This document shows, piece by piece, positions 20,595 to 30,363 of a stretch of 44,561 bases of DNA (positions are counted from its first letter, which is position 1; the number at the start of each line of letters is the position of its first letter). The stretch covers positions 1 to 44,561 of the forward strand of contig JANXOJ010000534.1 in assembly GCA_025353625.1 (NCBI GenBank), given 5' to 3'. This DNA is from Planctomycetota bacterium. GTDB lineage: Bacteria; Planctomycetota; Planctomycetia; Pirellulales; Thermoguttaceae. The position numbers and the translations under genes were made by a program. The notes under the pieces were generated by a model, which was not told the DNA's origin, searched no databases, and worked only from the letters and a program-made list of their open reading frames with translations.

Positions 20595-21071
20595 ATGAAT
20601 ACTTTGGAACCATTCATTTATAATGCCGACGACGAAGCGGCCACCGCTGCCCTTGGCCGAGCCTTGGCCGACGTGCTTCCGCCCGGCACGACCGTGGCCC
20701 TGTGCGGCACGCTCGGGGCCGGCAAGACGCGCCTCGTGCAGGCCATCGCAGAGGGGCTGGGCGTCAATCGTCGCGACGTGGTCAGCCCGACCTTCGTGCT
20801 CGTCCAGGAGTACCGGGGTCGCCGCATGATATACCATTTTGACGCCTATCGACTGCGCGACGACGATGAATTCCAACAGCTCGGTCCCGATGAGTATTTT
20901 GAAAGCGATGGATTGGTACTGATCGAGTGGGCAGATCGCGTCGAAGGCTCGTTGCCTCTCCATTATATTGAGATTCGCATCGAGGTTACCGGCGAAACCT
21001 CGCGACGATTTGAGGTGCGGCCCGTCGGTCGCCGTTATGAAGAAGTAATCCGCCGACTTGCGAACTCGTAG
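20595..21071 (+). CDS. tsaE: tRNA threonylcarbamoyladenosine biosynthesis ATPase TsaE
   Basis: P-loop GTLGAGKTRLVQAIAEGLG is present, with VVSPTFVLVQEY and HFDAYRL. The size (~158 aa) is typical of TsaE/YjeE. Confidence 0.88.
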   Translation: MNTLEPFIYNADDEAATAALGRALADVLPPGTTVALCGTLGAGKTRLVQAIAEGLGVNRRDVVSPTFVLVQEYRGRRMIYHFDAYRLRDDDEFQQLGPDEYFESDGLVLIEWADRVEGSLPLHYIEIRIEVTGETSRRFEVRPVGRRYEEVIRRLANS

Positions 21072-21104
21072 GTTCCTTTGCGACGAAAGGAACCATTGTG
21101 CTTA
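21071..21104 (+). terminator. Hairpin immediately after the tsaE stop (possible terminator)
   Basis: A 9-bp stem, GGTTCCTTT (21071-21079) / AAAGGAACC (21086-21094), has a 6-nt loop and is followed by ATTGTGCTTA. The U-tract is weak. Confidence 0.4.
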
Positions 21105-21316
21105 CGCAATGAGAAAACGTGGAATTCTCTAGCGAACCGGCGCAAAATGACCGCATCTCGGCGGCGCGAACTTATGCGCCTCTAACGATTCTATCGGATT
21201 TCATAGCGCGATCCCCATAGCTCTCGATGTCCGGGCGATTCTTCCGAATAGTACCAGAGGCTCTCAACACATCGCCGGATCGAGGCGGCGTTACAATAAT
21301 CCCCGCGAGCTTAACT

Positions 21317-21658
21317 GTGAATATCTGGAAACTGTTCGCCACCGCTGTCGTCGTTTGGATGCTTGCTGCGGCTGCCTGGGCCGATGAACCGAAGCCTGCC
21401 GATCCGCCGTGCGTCCGCTGCAATGCACCGCTTTGCATCAGTGCCTGCAACTGTCCGAAATCGATGCCGTGCCTGGGCTGCCCGCCGTGCGGCGGAATAT
21501 GCGTGCCCTATTGTCGCAAGCCGATGCCGTGCCTTTCTTGTCCGCCGTGCGGCGGCATTTGCGTACCCTATTGCTGTAGGCCCATGCCGTGCCTCTGCCA
21601 GCCGATCGTGCGGCCGGATAGTTGCCAGTTGCCGTCGTGTTATGGAGCCGGGAAGTAG
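21317..21658 (+). CDS. Secreted Cys/Pro-rich protein with tandem 20-aa repeats
   Basis: A GTG at 21317 gives the signal peptide [22 protein letters not shown]. The mature part includes [40 protein letters not shown] and PMPCLCQP. About one residue in four of the mature part is Cys. The upstream part of the ORF from 21227 is not needed. Confidence 0.55.
   Translation: MNIWKLFATAVVVWMLAAAAWADEPKPADPPCVRCNAPLCISACNCPKSMPCLGCPPCGGICVPYCRKPMPCLSCPPCGGICVPYCCRPMPCLCQPIVRPDSCQLPSCYGAGK
21461..21615 (+). repeat. Tandem 60-nt (20-codon) coding repeat, about 2.5 copies
   Basis: Units at 21461-21520 and 21521-21580 are near-identical (..ATGCCGTGCCT...CCGCCGTGCGGCGG.AT.TGCGT.CCCTATTG..). A truncated third unit starts at 21581. 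Confidence 0.8.
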
Positions 21659-21863
21659 TCTATGGAGTGCGATGGCTTATGGCCGCTTTTCGTCGGGCCG
21701 AAATCATTCGCCGGACGTCTTTGCTCGGACGACGATTCTTGAAAAGCCGAGGCAAGCCCGCTCTCCAAGGCCCTACTTGGACGTACCCGCTAATCTGCTA
21801 CACTGTGGGCTGCAAAATCAACCGTCGTGCTTGTGCAAAACGCCCTGCTCATGGAGTCTTCCA

Positions 21864-23498
21864 ATGCCCACCAGCCCCTTGACTTCTCTCCCCGCCTGGA
21901 AAGCCTTACAGGCCCATTGCGAGCAAACTCGTAGCGTACATTTGCGGGAGTTGTTCCAGCAAGATGCCGCGCGCGGCGAGCGGCTGACGCTCGACGCCAT
22001 CGGCATCTACCTCGACTATTCCAAGAATCGCGTCGGCGACGAGACCTTGCGGCTGCTTGGACAACTGGCCGAACAAGCGGGCCTTCGCCAGCGAATCGAC
22101 GCCATGTTCGCCGGAGAGAAGATCAACGTCACGGAGAAGCGGGCCGTGCTGCACGTGGCCCTTCGCGCGGCACGCGGCAGTTCGATCGTGGTCGATGGCG
22201 AGAACGTCGTGCCCCAAGTACATTCCGTGCTCGACAAGATGGCTGGCTTTTGCAATCGCATCCGCAGCGGCGATTGGAAAGGCCACACCGGCAAGCCGAT
22301 CCGCAATGTTGTGAACATCGGCATCGGCGGCTCGGACCTAGGCCCCGTCATGGCTTACGAGGCATTGAAGCACTACAGCACGCGGGCAATCGCGTTCCGC
22401 TTCGTATCCAACATCGACGGCACCGACTTCGCCGAAGCGGTCCACGACCTGCGGCCCGACGAAACGCTTTTTATTGTTGCGTCCAAGACGTTTACAACAT
22501 TGGAGACGATGACCAACGCCCACACGGCGCGCGATTGGCTCTTGGCCGGACTCGGCGGCGATGCGTCGGCCACTGCCAAGCATTTCGTCGCCCTTTCCAC
22601 GAATGCCAAGGAAGTCGCCGGCTTTGGCATCGACACGATGAACATGTTCGGCTTCTGGGACTGGGTTGGCGGTCGCTACTCGATGGATGCGGCGATCGGG
22701 CTTTCCACGATGCTCGCCATCGGGCCGGAGAACTTTCAGGCGATGCTGGCCGGCTTCCGCGCAATGGACCAGCATTTTCGCACGGCACCTTTCGACGAGA
22801 ACCTACCGGTGCTGCTGGGGCTGCTCGGCATCTGGAATAGTAATTTCCTTGGGGCCGAAACGGTTGCCGTCCTGCCCTACGACCAATATCTGAAGCGGTT
22901 CCCGGCCTATTTGCAACAGCTCACTATGGAGAGCAACGGCAAGCGCGTGACGCTCGATGGCAAGCCCGTGGACTATCAGACCAATCCCATTTATTGGGGC
23001 GAGCCGGGCACCAACGGTCAGCACTCGTTTTATCAATTGATCCACCAAGGCACGCGGTTGATCCCGTGCGATTTTATCGCCTTCCATCAATCGCTCAATC
23101 CGGTTGGCCGCCACCACGCCATGCTGATGGCCAACGTCTTTGCTCAGGCGGAAGCGTTGGCCTTTGGCAAGACGGCCAACGAGGTCGAGACCGAAGGAAC
23201 GGCCGATTCGCTCGTACCGCATCGCGTTTTCCCCGGCAATCGCCCTTCCAATATGATCCTTGCCGAAAAGCTCACGCCGGAAATACTCGGCAAGTTGGTC
23301 GCGCTGTACGAGCATATCGTTTTCACTCAGGGAACGATTTGGCAAGTGAATTCGTTCGATCAATGGGGCGTCGAACTCGGCAAAGTTCTCGCCCAACGGA
23401 TCATACCGGAATTGGAAAGCGCGAAAGATTCGATACTTGGCCACGACAGTTCAACGAATCGCTTGATCGTTCGCCAACGCACTCATCTCGCGCCGTGA
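21864..23498 (+). CDS. pgi: Glucose-6-phosphate isomerase
   Basis: Motifs [21 protein letters not shown] and [15 protein letters not shown] are present. The homologous region begins at [15 protein letters not shown] (ATG at 21864). The 167-codon upstream extension of ORF 21363..23498 overlaps the Cys-rich gene out of frame. Confidence 0.93.
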   Translation: MPTSPLTSLPAWKALQAHCEQTRSVHLRELFQQDAARGERLTLDAIGIYLDYSKNRVGDETLRLLGQLAEQAGLRQRIDAMFAGEKINVTEKRAVLHVALRAARGSSIVVDGENVVPQVHSVLDKMAGFCNRIRSGDWKGHTGKPIRNVVNIGIGGSDLGPVMAYEALKHYSTRAIAFRFVSNIDGTDFAEAVHDLRPDETLFIVASKTFTTLETMTNAHTARDWLLAGLGGDASATAKHFVALSTNAKEVAGFGIDTMNMFGFWDWVGGRYSMDAAIGLSTMLAIGPENFQAMLAGFRAMDQHFRTAPFDENLPVLLGLLGIWNSNFLGAETVAVLPYDQYLKRFPAYLQQLTMESNGKRVTLDGKPVDYQTNPIYWGEPGTNGQHSFYQLIHQGTRLIPCDFIAFHQSLNPVGRHHAMLMANVFAQAEALAFGKTANEVETEGTADSLVPHRVFPGNRPSNMILAEKLTPEILGKLVALYEHIVFTQGTIWQVNSFDQWGVELGKVLAQRIIPELESAKDSILGHDSSTNRLIVRQRTHLAP

Positions 23499-23564
23499 GA
23501 AGTTCGTTGAGTTCGATGATCGAAACCGCTTAGTCTCATCTTGTCGAGCGAGGTGAGTACGTTA

Positions 23565-24272
23565 ATGCCGCCACGGAAAACAAGCCTCATGGATATTCAA
23601 GTCTTTCCCGACGACAACGCGGTGGCCACCGCCGCGGCAGGCATCATCGCCGCCGAGGCCCGAAGTGCCGTCGCCGCGCGCGGTCGGTTCGTGGTGGCAT
23701 TCAGCGGCGGCCGCACCCCTTGGATTATGCTCAAGGCCCTGGCCGATGCCGAAGTTCCCTGGCACGGCGTCCATTTGGTGCAGGTCGATGAACGGATCGC
23801 CCCTGTCGGACATAAGGATCGCAACCTCACGCACATCCGCGAAAGTCTGCTCGACCGGGTGCCCATTCCGGTTGCACAGGTCCATGTCATGCCGGTTGAA
23901 GAAGCCGATCTTGGGGCAGCGGCCGCGGCCTACCAGCAAACTTTGAATTCCATAGCGGGAAAACCGGCGATACTCGACTTAATTCACCTCGGCCTCGGGC
24001 CGGACGGCCATACGGCATCGCTCGTGCCCGGCGACCCGGTTCTTGAAATTGCCATTGCCGATGTGGCCACGACCGGAATCTACCAAGGCCGCCAGCGGAT
24101 GACACTTACCTATCCGATTCTTAATAACGCGCGGCGGATACTATGGCTCGTTACCGGTGCGGAAAAGATCGAGATGCTGGCCCGCTTGCGGCAAGCCGAT
24201 CCCACGATCCCCGCCGGCCGGGTTCGACAAGATTGTGCATTGGTGCTGGCGGATCATAGTAGTGTCGGTTGA
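23565..24272 (+). CDS. pgl: 6-phosphogluconolactonase
   Basis: Motifs FSGGRTP, VQVDERI and HLGLGPDGHTASL are present. Possible starts are 23541 (TTG), 23565 (ATG) and 23589 (ATG, MDIQVF). The gene is adjacent to pgi. Confidence 0.88.
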   Translation: MPPRKTSLMDIQVFPDDNAVATAAAGIIAAEARSAVAARGRFVVAFSGGRTPWIMLKALADAEVPWHGVHLVQVDERIAPVGHKDRNLTHIRESLLDRVPIPVAQVHVMPVEEADLGAAAAAYQQTLNSIAGKPAILDLIHLGLGPDGHTASLVPGDPVLEIAIADVATTGIYQGRQRMTLTYPILNNARRILWLVTGAEKIEMLARLRQADPTIPAGRVRQDCALVLADHSSVG

Positions 24273-24527
24273 AGGCGATAAAAATTCTTCCCGCTCTATA
24301 TGGGGAAAGAACGACCGTTATTTATTCTGCGGCAGCTAAGAGGGGGCGAGACCGGAATTCCGGATTGTTCGGCAAATCCCGTACCCAAATCCCCTCCGAT
24401 GAGCCAGCCTTGGTTGAAAGTTGGACTACTTTAACCTACGTTTGCTAAACGAACGTGGCGGTCGCATCGAAACTCAGTCGTTTCGGTAATGGCCCTATGC
24501 AAAAACGTGTAACGTAGCGATAAAGAC

Positions 24528-26048
24528 ATGGTTGGCACGGAAACAAAATCTGATCCACGTCGCCAGAACTTACTCCGACAGCTTGCGTCATTGATGCAGG
24601 TTGACGGCAGCGAGAATCAACCTTCGCCATCCTTGCCGGCAACCGGTTCGGTGGTCAAAGCTGCCGCCGCGGCGATTCCTGATGCTGTCGATACCTCAAT
24701 ACCCGCGATTCCACTTCCACCTCAACTACATTCAACGCAACCGACGGCAGCCACGGAGAAGGCGATCGAATGTGCCGCGAGCGGACCTACGGCGTTCATA
24801 CCGATTGCTCCGAACGAGTTCTCTAAGCTGAACTTGTCGGAAAGCGAGGTCGAGTCGCTCGTCCTGAAGTTCCTAATGCACGGACAAAATGCGACCGGTC
24901 GCGACGTGGCACGACAGGTTGGCATCTCGTTCGTTATCGTCGAAAAGCTCTTGTATGCGATGAAGAACGAACGGCTGGTCGTCTTCAAGGCGGCCGGCAA
25001 CTTGGGCGACTACGTCTACGAATTGACCGAAGCCGGCGGAAACAAAGCCCGCAAATACTCGCAGCAGTGCGGTTACTTCGGTGCCGCACCGGTGAGCCTC
25101 AACGATTATTCGGCCAGCGTCGCGGCCCAATCGCTGCAAAACTTTCAGCCGCGAATCGACGACCTCCGCCGAGCATTCGCCGATCTGGAACTGAGCGAGG
25201 AAATGTTCCTTCGCTTGGGACGTGCGATGGTTTCTGGCAAAGGACTATTTCTTCACGGGCCGCCAGGCAACGGCAAGACGAGCATCGCCGAGCGCGTTAC
25301 CCTAGCTTACGGGACGAGCATCTGGATTCCCAAGGCGATCAGCGCCTGGGGCGAAATAATTCGCGTTTTCGACCCCTGCTGCCACGAAGCCATCCCCTTG
25401 CCGCAAGGCCAGGAGTCGATCGACGATGAAAAGATCGACCATCGCTGGGTTCGCATTCGCCGGCCCACGATTGTCGTCGGCGGCGAGTTGAACCTCGACC
25501 ATTTGGAAATCACGGCAAACCGCGGCACGGGCATTGCCGAAGCCCCATTGCAGTTGAAGAGCAATTGCGGCACGTTAGTGATCGACGACTTTGGCCGACA
25601 GCAAGTCAGTCCGGCCGCACTACTAAACCGTTGGATCGTTCCGCTGGAAAAGCGATACGACTTCTTGAATCTCAACAGCGGCCGCAAGATTCAGGTTCCC
25701 TTCGACCAGTTCATCATCTTCTCGACCAACCTCGAACCGAAGGATCTCGTCGACGAGGCGTTCTTGCGGCGGATACCGTACAAGATCGACGTTTGCGGAC
25801 CCACCGAGGCTCAGTTTCGCACTCTCTTCCTGGAGTTGGCCTCGGCGATGAAAATTGAGCCTTGCAAGCCGCCGCTAGACTACCTCATTCAGAAATACTA
25901 CAAGTCGACGGGAAGGGCGATGCGGTTTTGCCATCCTCGAGACCTGTTGCAACAGGTCAAAGTTTATTACGACTTTCTCGGCCAACCGGCGAAGATCAGC
26001 GTCGAATCCCTCGACGCGGCGGCAACCGACTACTTCGCTGTTCTGTGA
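24528..26048 (+). CDS. AAA+ ATPase with disordered N-terminus and a winged-helix-like domain
   Basis: Walker A is GLFLHGPPGNGKTS and Walker B is GTLVIDDFG. A sensor-1-like IIFSTN and DEAFLRRIPYKI are also present. A wHTH-like segment (LVLKFLMHGQNATGRDVARQVGISFVIVEKLLYAMKNERLV) precedes the ATPase core. Confidence 0.8.
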   Translation: MVGTETKSDPRRQNLLRQLASLMQVDGSENQPSPSLPATGSVVKAAAAAIPDAVDTSIPAIPLPPQLHSTQPTAATEKAIECAASGPTAFIPIAPNEFSKLNLSESEVESLVLKFLMHGQNATGRDVARQVGISFVIVEKLLYAMKNERLVVFKAAGNLGDYVYELTEAGGNKARKYSQQCGYFGAAPVSLNDYSASVAAQSLQNFQPRIDDLRRAFADLELSEEMFLRLGRAMVSGKGLFLHGPPGNGKTSIAERVTLAYGTSIWIPKAISAWGEIIRVFDPCCHEAIPLPQGQESIDDEKIDHRWVRIRRPTIVVGGELNLDHLEITANRGTGIAEAPLQLKSNCGTLVIDDFGRQQVSPAALLNRWIVPLEKRYDFLNLNSGRKIQVPFDQFIIFSTNLEPKDLVDEAFLRRIPYKIDVCGPTEAQFRTLFLELASAMKIEPCKPPLDYLIQKYYKSTGRAMRFCHPRDLLQQVKVYYDFLGQPAKISVESLDAAATDYFAVL

Positions 26049-26239
26049 GAACCCCCCAACTTCCGGCAATTCGCAGAAAACTTAGCTTGTTAGAAGTTTT
26101 TTGTTATCAACTCGCCTTGCCGTAGAGGTACGTTTGCGGTATTTTCCGCCGACTTTATATCTCATCCCGGTTACGTTTTCGTCTTTTCGACAGTACCCCT
26201 TACACAAAGCGCAGCAGCCGCCATCGACTCCTAGGGCCG

Positions 26240-29200
26240 ATGAGGGTTCTCCGTGAAAGGGCCGCCATGTTCAGGCAGCCGAACGCCGCATTGCAGAGCC
26301 ATCGCGTGGTAATCTCCGCGTTCGTCGCGTTGGTGCTTATGTTCTGCTCGGTCGGGGTTGCGCAATTTCCCGGCGATGGGCCCATGCTGGGGCCGGATGG
26401 CCAACCCGTGCCCACCAATGCCGCAATGCAAGGCACGGCGATGCCCGGAAGGGGCGTTCCCGCGATACCGCAGGAGGAGATCGTCGTCGATGTTCGCGTC
26501 GAGGGCAATCGAACCATCGCTTTGGACAAGATTCTTTCTCACATTCGCACTCGAACCGGCCGACCGTTGAGCAATGAGCAGGTCGAGCAAGACGTTCGCG
26601 CGCTGAATAAGATGGGCGTGTTCTTGATTGTCCGCACGCGACGGCAGGAAGTTCAAGGCGGCTGCATCATTATCTTCCAGGTTGCCGAGCGGCCGCTGCT
26701 CCAAGAGGTGGCAATCGTCGGCAACGACACGTATTCCACGAAAACTCTGAAGAAGGAAGCCGACATCAAGGTCGGTGACGCAGCCGATCCGTTCGCGGTC
26801 GAAAACGGCCGCCGGCGGATCGAAGATTACTACCAGCGCAAGGGCTACAGTAAAGTCCGCGTGACGATTTTGGAAGGCAATAAAGCGGGCGACCTGCGGG
26901 CGATCTACGTTGTCGATGAAGGCAAACTACAAAAGGTCTATCAAATTAACTTTGTCGGTGCTCAGTTTGTCAGCGCGGCACGATTGAACACGGTTGTTGC
27001 CTCGCGATCACCCTGGCTCACCACTTTTGGCGGACATGCCGACCCGACCTATTACCTACTTGCCAGCGCGGTCGATCGCAAGTTGATCGATGAAGATGTC
27101 GCCAAGCTGACGGCCTATTATCGCGGCTTCGGCTTCTTCCATGCTCGCATCGGTCGCGAGCTGGAATTCAATGAGAACCAGCAATGGCTTACGATTACCT
27201 TCGTGATCGATGAGGGGCCGCGCTATGTGGTGCGCAATACGTCCTATTTGGGCAACACGAAGATCGCGACGGAAAAGCTGGCCAAGGATGCCAAACTGCT
27301 GGGCGGTCAGTTCTTCGACCAGAACCAACAGAATATCGATCTTCAGGCCCTTCGCGATCAGTACGGCGGCGAGGGATACGTGTTTGCCAAGGTCGAGGCC
27401 GACAACCGCTTCCTGGAAGAGCCCGGCAAGCTCGACGTTGTTTATAGCGTCGATGAAGGTGCTCGATATCGCGTCGGTCGCATCAACATTGAGATCAAGG
27501 GAGAAAATCCACACACGCAAATTACCACGGTGCTCAATCGCTTATCGTTCAAGCCGGGCGATGTGGTCGATCTACGCGAGATTCGCAGTAGCGAGCGGCG
27601 TTTGAAGGCTTCAGGGTTGTACAAAGTTGAACCGCAAAAAGACATCGGGCCCAAAATTGTCTATTCGCCGCCGGAAACGGAAGATAAAGAGACCGCGATA
27701 GCCGGCCGTCGCCGCACGAGCTACTATTCCGCACCAGGCTGCGGCGTGCCGATGGCACCCGGCGAGCGTTGCGTCGACCTTTATGTCAGTGGCGACCTCA
27801 ATGATCTGCCGGAAGCGGGCAATCGAGTTCAGCAGCCGCAACAACAGCCGCCGCAACAACAGCCGCAGACCTATAGAACATACGAAACGAATGGGGCGAC
27901 TCAGGGGGCGCCGCAGGGACAAGTTCAACGTTCTGGAGTGGTGCGGACGCAGTATGGGCCGAGCGATGCTTGGAACGCGCCGCAACAAGACTATGCCCCC
28001 GCCGCGCAGCCCTATCCGACGGCTCAACCCTATCCGACCGCGCAGCCTTACTCGGCCGCGCAGCCATACAACGCGCAACCATACAACGCGCAGCCATACT
28101 CGACCGCGCAGCCCTATCCGCCACAGCAAGGCAATGAGACCGCCGGAGCCTACAACCCGCCGGCCGCAGTTGCTTATTCCCAGGGAAATCCCCCGGCACA
28201 AGGTTATCCGGCACAAGGCTACCCAGCACAAGATAATCCAGCACCTCAGAATTATGCTTCGCCTGCCGCCGGTTATGCAGCTCCGGCCTACAACAATGCC
28301 GCACCGGCGACCGCCAGCGGCTATGCCAACAGTGCCGATCCGAACAATCCCGCCGCAACCGGTTCCGGCGTCTACTCGCCCGGCGGGCCGGCCATCGATC
28401 GACCACCCATCGCCAGTCTAGCCGCCGGCAACGGCCTTTACGGCGATCCTTCGCCGACGATGATTCCCACGCCCACCGGCGAGCCGCTGCGCGATCTGCC
28501 CTTCATGATCCAGCCGGAAGAAACGCAAACGGGCCGACTGATGTTCGGCGTCGGCGTGAACTCCGACGCCGGCGTTGTCGGCAACGTAACGCTCGACGAA
28601 CAGAACTTTGACTGGACCCGTCTTCCGACAAGTTGGGCCGATATCGTCGATGGCAAGGCGTGGCGAGGGGCAGGGCAGAAGTTCCGCCTGGAACTGGTGC
28701 CCGGCACGCAGGTCCAACGCTACATGGCCAGCTTTCAGGAACCCTATTTGTTCGACCTAGGCAGCAACCCGGTCGGATTGGGACTCAGTGGATACTATTA
28801 CCAACGACTCTACACGGAATGGACGGAAAGCCGCTCCGGCGGTCGCGTTAGCTTGAGCTACCAGTTTACGCACGACCTAACCGGCACCCTAGCCTTTGAA
28901 GGCCAGGATGTCTCCATCAAGAATCCGGAGTTCCCGGTACCCGATCTTTTGGCCGCCGTGGGCCACAACCAACTCTACAGTTTTTCGGCCCAGCTGGCCC
29001 ACGATACCCGCGACAATCCTTTCATGGCCTCCGAAGGTCACTTGATTCAGGGATCGCTTGCGGAAACGATTGGCACGTACCAGTACATCAGGGCATCGCT
29101 CGAAGCTACTCAATACTACAAGATTTTCCAGCGTGCGGATCGTTCCGGCAATCACGTGCTCAGCCTATCGATGCGCGGAAGTTATTCCGGTGACGACACG

Positions 29201-29575
29201 CCGATCTTCGAGCGATTCTACGCGGGCGGTTTCTCCACGATTCGCGGCTTTGCCTTCCGCGGAGTCACGCCTCGCGATCCCGTCTACGGTATGGGTGTTG
29301 GAGGCGATTTCCAACTGCTCTCCACCGTTCAATACATGTTCCCCATTACCGCCGACGACATGCTCAAAGGCGTAGTTTTCGTCGATGCCGGCACCATTCA
29401 GCCCACCGTGAACCATTGGGTCGACAAAGTCCGCGTGGCCCCCGGCTTTGGTCTGCGCGTCTCAATCCCCATGATGGGCCCGGCACCGATCGCCTTGGAC
29501 TTTGCCTTCCCGATCAGCAAGGAAGACGGCGACGTGCAGCAGATATTCAGCTTCTTCGTTGGGTTTAATCATTAA
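26240..29575 (+). CDS. bamA: Omp85/BamA-family outer-membrane protein with POTRA repeats and a long Q/P/Y/A-rich insert
   Basis: POTRA-like repeats are present (IVVDVRVEGNRTIALDKI..., LQEVAIVGNDTYSTKTLKK..., INFVGAQFVS..., RINIEIKGENPHT...). The C-terminal beta-barrel shows alternating aromatic patterns and the Omp85 motif RGF (FSTIRGFAFRG). The start may be the ATG at 26267. Confidence 0.85.
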   Translation: MRVLRERAAMFRQPNAALQSHRVVISAFVALVLMFCSVGVAQFPGDGPMLGPDGQPVPTNAAMQGTAMPGRGVPAIPQEEIVVDVRVEGNRTIALDKILSHIRTRTGRPLSNEQVEQDVRALNKMGVFLIVRTRRQEVQGGCIIIFQVAERPLLQEVAIVGNDTYSTKTLKKEADIKVGDAADPFAVENGRRRIEDYYQRKGYSKVRVTILEGNKAGDLRAIYVVDEGKLQKVYQINFVGAQFVSAARLNTVVASRSPWLTTFGGHADPTYYLLASAVDRKLIDEDVAKLTAYYRGFGFFHARIGRELEFNENQQWLTITFVIDEGPRYVVRNTSYLGNTKIATEKLAKDAKLLGGQFFDQNQQNIDLQALRDQYGGEGYVFAKVEADNRFLEEPGKLDVVYSVDEGARYRVGRINIEIKGENPHTQITTVLNRLSFKPGDVVDLREIRSSERRLKASGLYKVEPQKDIGPKIVYSPPETEDKETAIAGRRRTSYYSAPGCGVPMAPGERCVDLYVSGDLNDLPEAGNRVQQPQQQPPQQQPQTYRTYETNGATQGAPQGQVQRSGVVRTQYGPSDAWNAPQQDYAPAAQPYPTAQPYPTAQPYSAAQPYNAQPYNAQPYSTAQPYPPQQGNETAGAYNPPAAVAYSQGNPPAQGYPAQGYPAQDNPAPQNYASPAAGYAAPAYNNAAPATASGYANSADPNNPAATGSGVYSPGGPAIDRPPIASLAAGNGLYGDPSPTMIPTPTGEPLRDLPFMIQPEETQTGRLMFGVGVNSDAGVVGNVTLDEQNFDWTRLPTSWADIVDGKAWRGAGQKFRLELVPGTQVQRYMASFQEPYLFDLGSNPVGLGLSGYYYQRLYTEWTESRSGGRVSLSYQFTHDLTGTLAFEGQDVSIKNPEFPVPDLLAAVGHNQLYSFSAQLAHDTRDNPFMASEGHLIQGSLAETIGTYQYIRASLEATQYYKIFQRADRSGNHVLSLSMRGSYSGDDTPIFERFYAGGFSTIRGFAFRGVTPRDPVYGMGVGGDFQLLSTVQYMFPITADDMLKGVVFVDAGTIQPTVNHWVDKVRVAPGFGLRVSIPMMGPAPIALDFAFPISKEDGDVQQIFSFFVGFNH
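28004..28125 (+). repeat. Tandem 15-18-nt coding repeats (AQPY-x units) inside bamA
   Basis: The units read AQPYPT, AQPYPT, AQPYSA, AQPYN, AQPYN, AQPYST, AQPYPP. A second short repeat, GYPAQ GYPAQ, follows at about 28198-28230. Confidence 0.8.
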
Positions 29576-29899
29576 GTATGACCTCTTCCCAGAATATGCC
29601 GCACGCGCCAAGTTGGTGACTCTTTGTTGGAGTTCAAGTGATTGCGAGTCTTCGGGCCTGAAAAACGGTAGGAAGACACGCTATATATCGTGAACTCAAT
29701 CAGGCCCACGTATTGATCGCACCGACACAGAGCGAAAGGCTCATGGTAGGCGGGCAGCGGCATACGCATAAGGATGATTCAGGCATCCCCGCCAACGTGC
29801 CGACTAAGGCCGCTGACGGCATGCCTCCGAACGCGGAGGCTCGTTCGATCAAAAGCCGAAACGTTTTTCCAATTGGCTCGATCGCACCCAGCAAACAGC

Positions 29900-30358
29900 A
29901 TGCACTACCAAATCGAACTTGCCAATTTGCAGGCGATTCATACGGCGGTAATCCGCAGCCGCGTGCCACCCCACGAACTATCGCGGTTCGTTCCTGCTGC
30001 GTGCGGCGAAGTCTGGTCGTTCGTTCGCTCCGCCGGCCTCCCACAACCGGGACGGCATGTGGCCTTGTATTTGGATCGGCAGGGGACCGTCGAGGTCGGT
30101 GCGGAGGTGTCGGAGCCGTTCGTCGGCAACGACCGAGTTCAGTGTTCCCAATTGCCGTCCGGCTGCACGGCGACGACAGTCCACCTTGGACCCTACGCAA
30201 GACTTTCCGAGGCATATACCGAAGTTCGCCGGTGGTGCGCCGAACGCGGACACCAACTCTCAGATGTTTCTTGGGAGATTTATGGACACTGGGACGAGAG
30301 TTGGAACGCCGAACCCTCGAAGATACGCACCGATGTTTTCCACCTCCTCCAAGTGTGA
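29900..30358 (+). CDS. GyrI-like small-molecule-binding domain protein
   Basis: The 152-aa product from the ATG at 29900 (MHYQIELANLQAIHTAVIR...) has the pattern of GyrI-like/AraC effector-binding modules, including WEIYGHW near the C-terminus. The upstream 42 codons of ORF 29774.. are not protein-like. Confidence 0.7.
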   Translation: MHYQIELANLQAIHTAVIRSRVPPHELSRFVPAACGEVWSFVRSAGLPQPGRHVALYLDRQGTVEVGAEVSEPFVGNDRVQCSQLPSGCTATTVHLGPYARLSEAYTEVRRWCAERGHQLSDVSWEIYGHWDESWNAEPSKIRTDVFHLLQV

Positions 30359-30363
30359 GAGGG

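Noticed and set aside
21363-21863. A 167-codon N-terminal extension of the pgi ORF
   Set aside because: Homology to glucose-6-phosphate isomerase starts at the Met at 21864. The extension is R/A-rich and overlaps the better-supported Cys-rich secreted protein.
27611-28421. Three ORFs of about 200 aa in other frames over the bamA repeat region
   Set aside because: They are generated by the tandem AQPY and Q/P-rich coding repeats. Their translations are R/L/G or R/P-rich low complexity.
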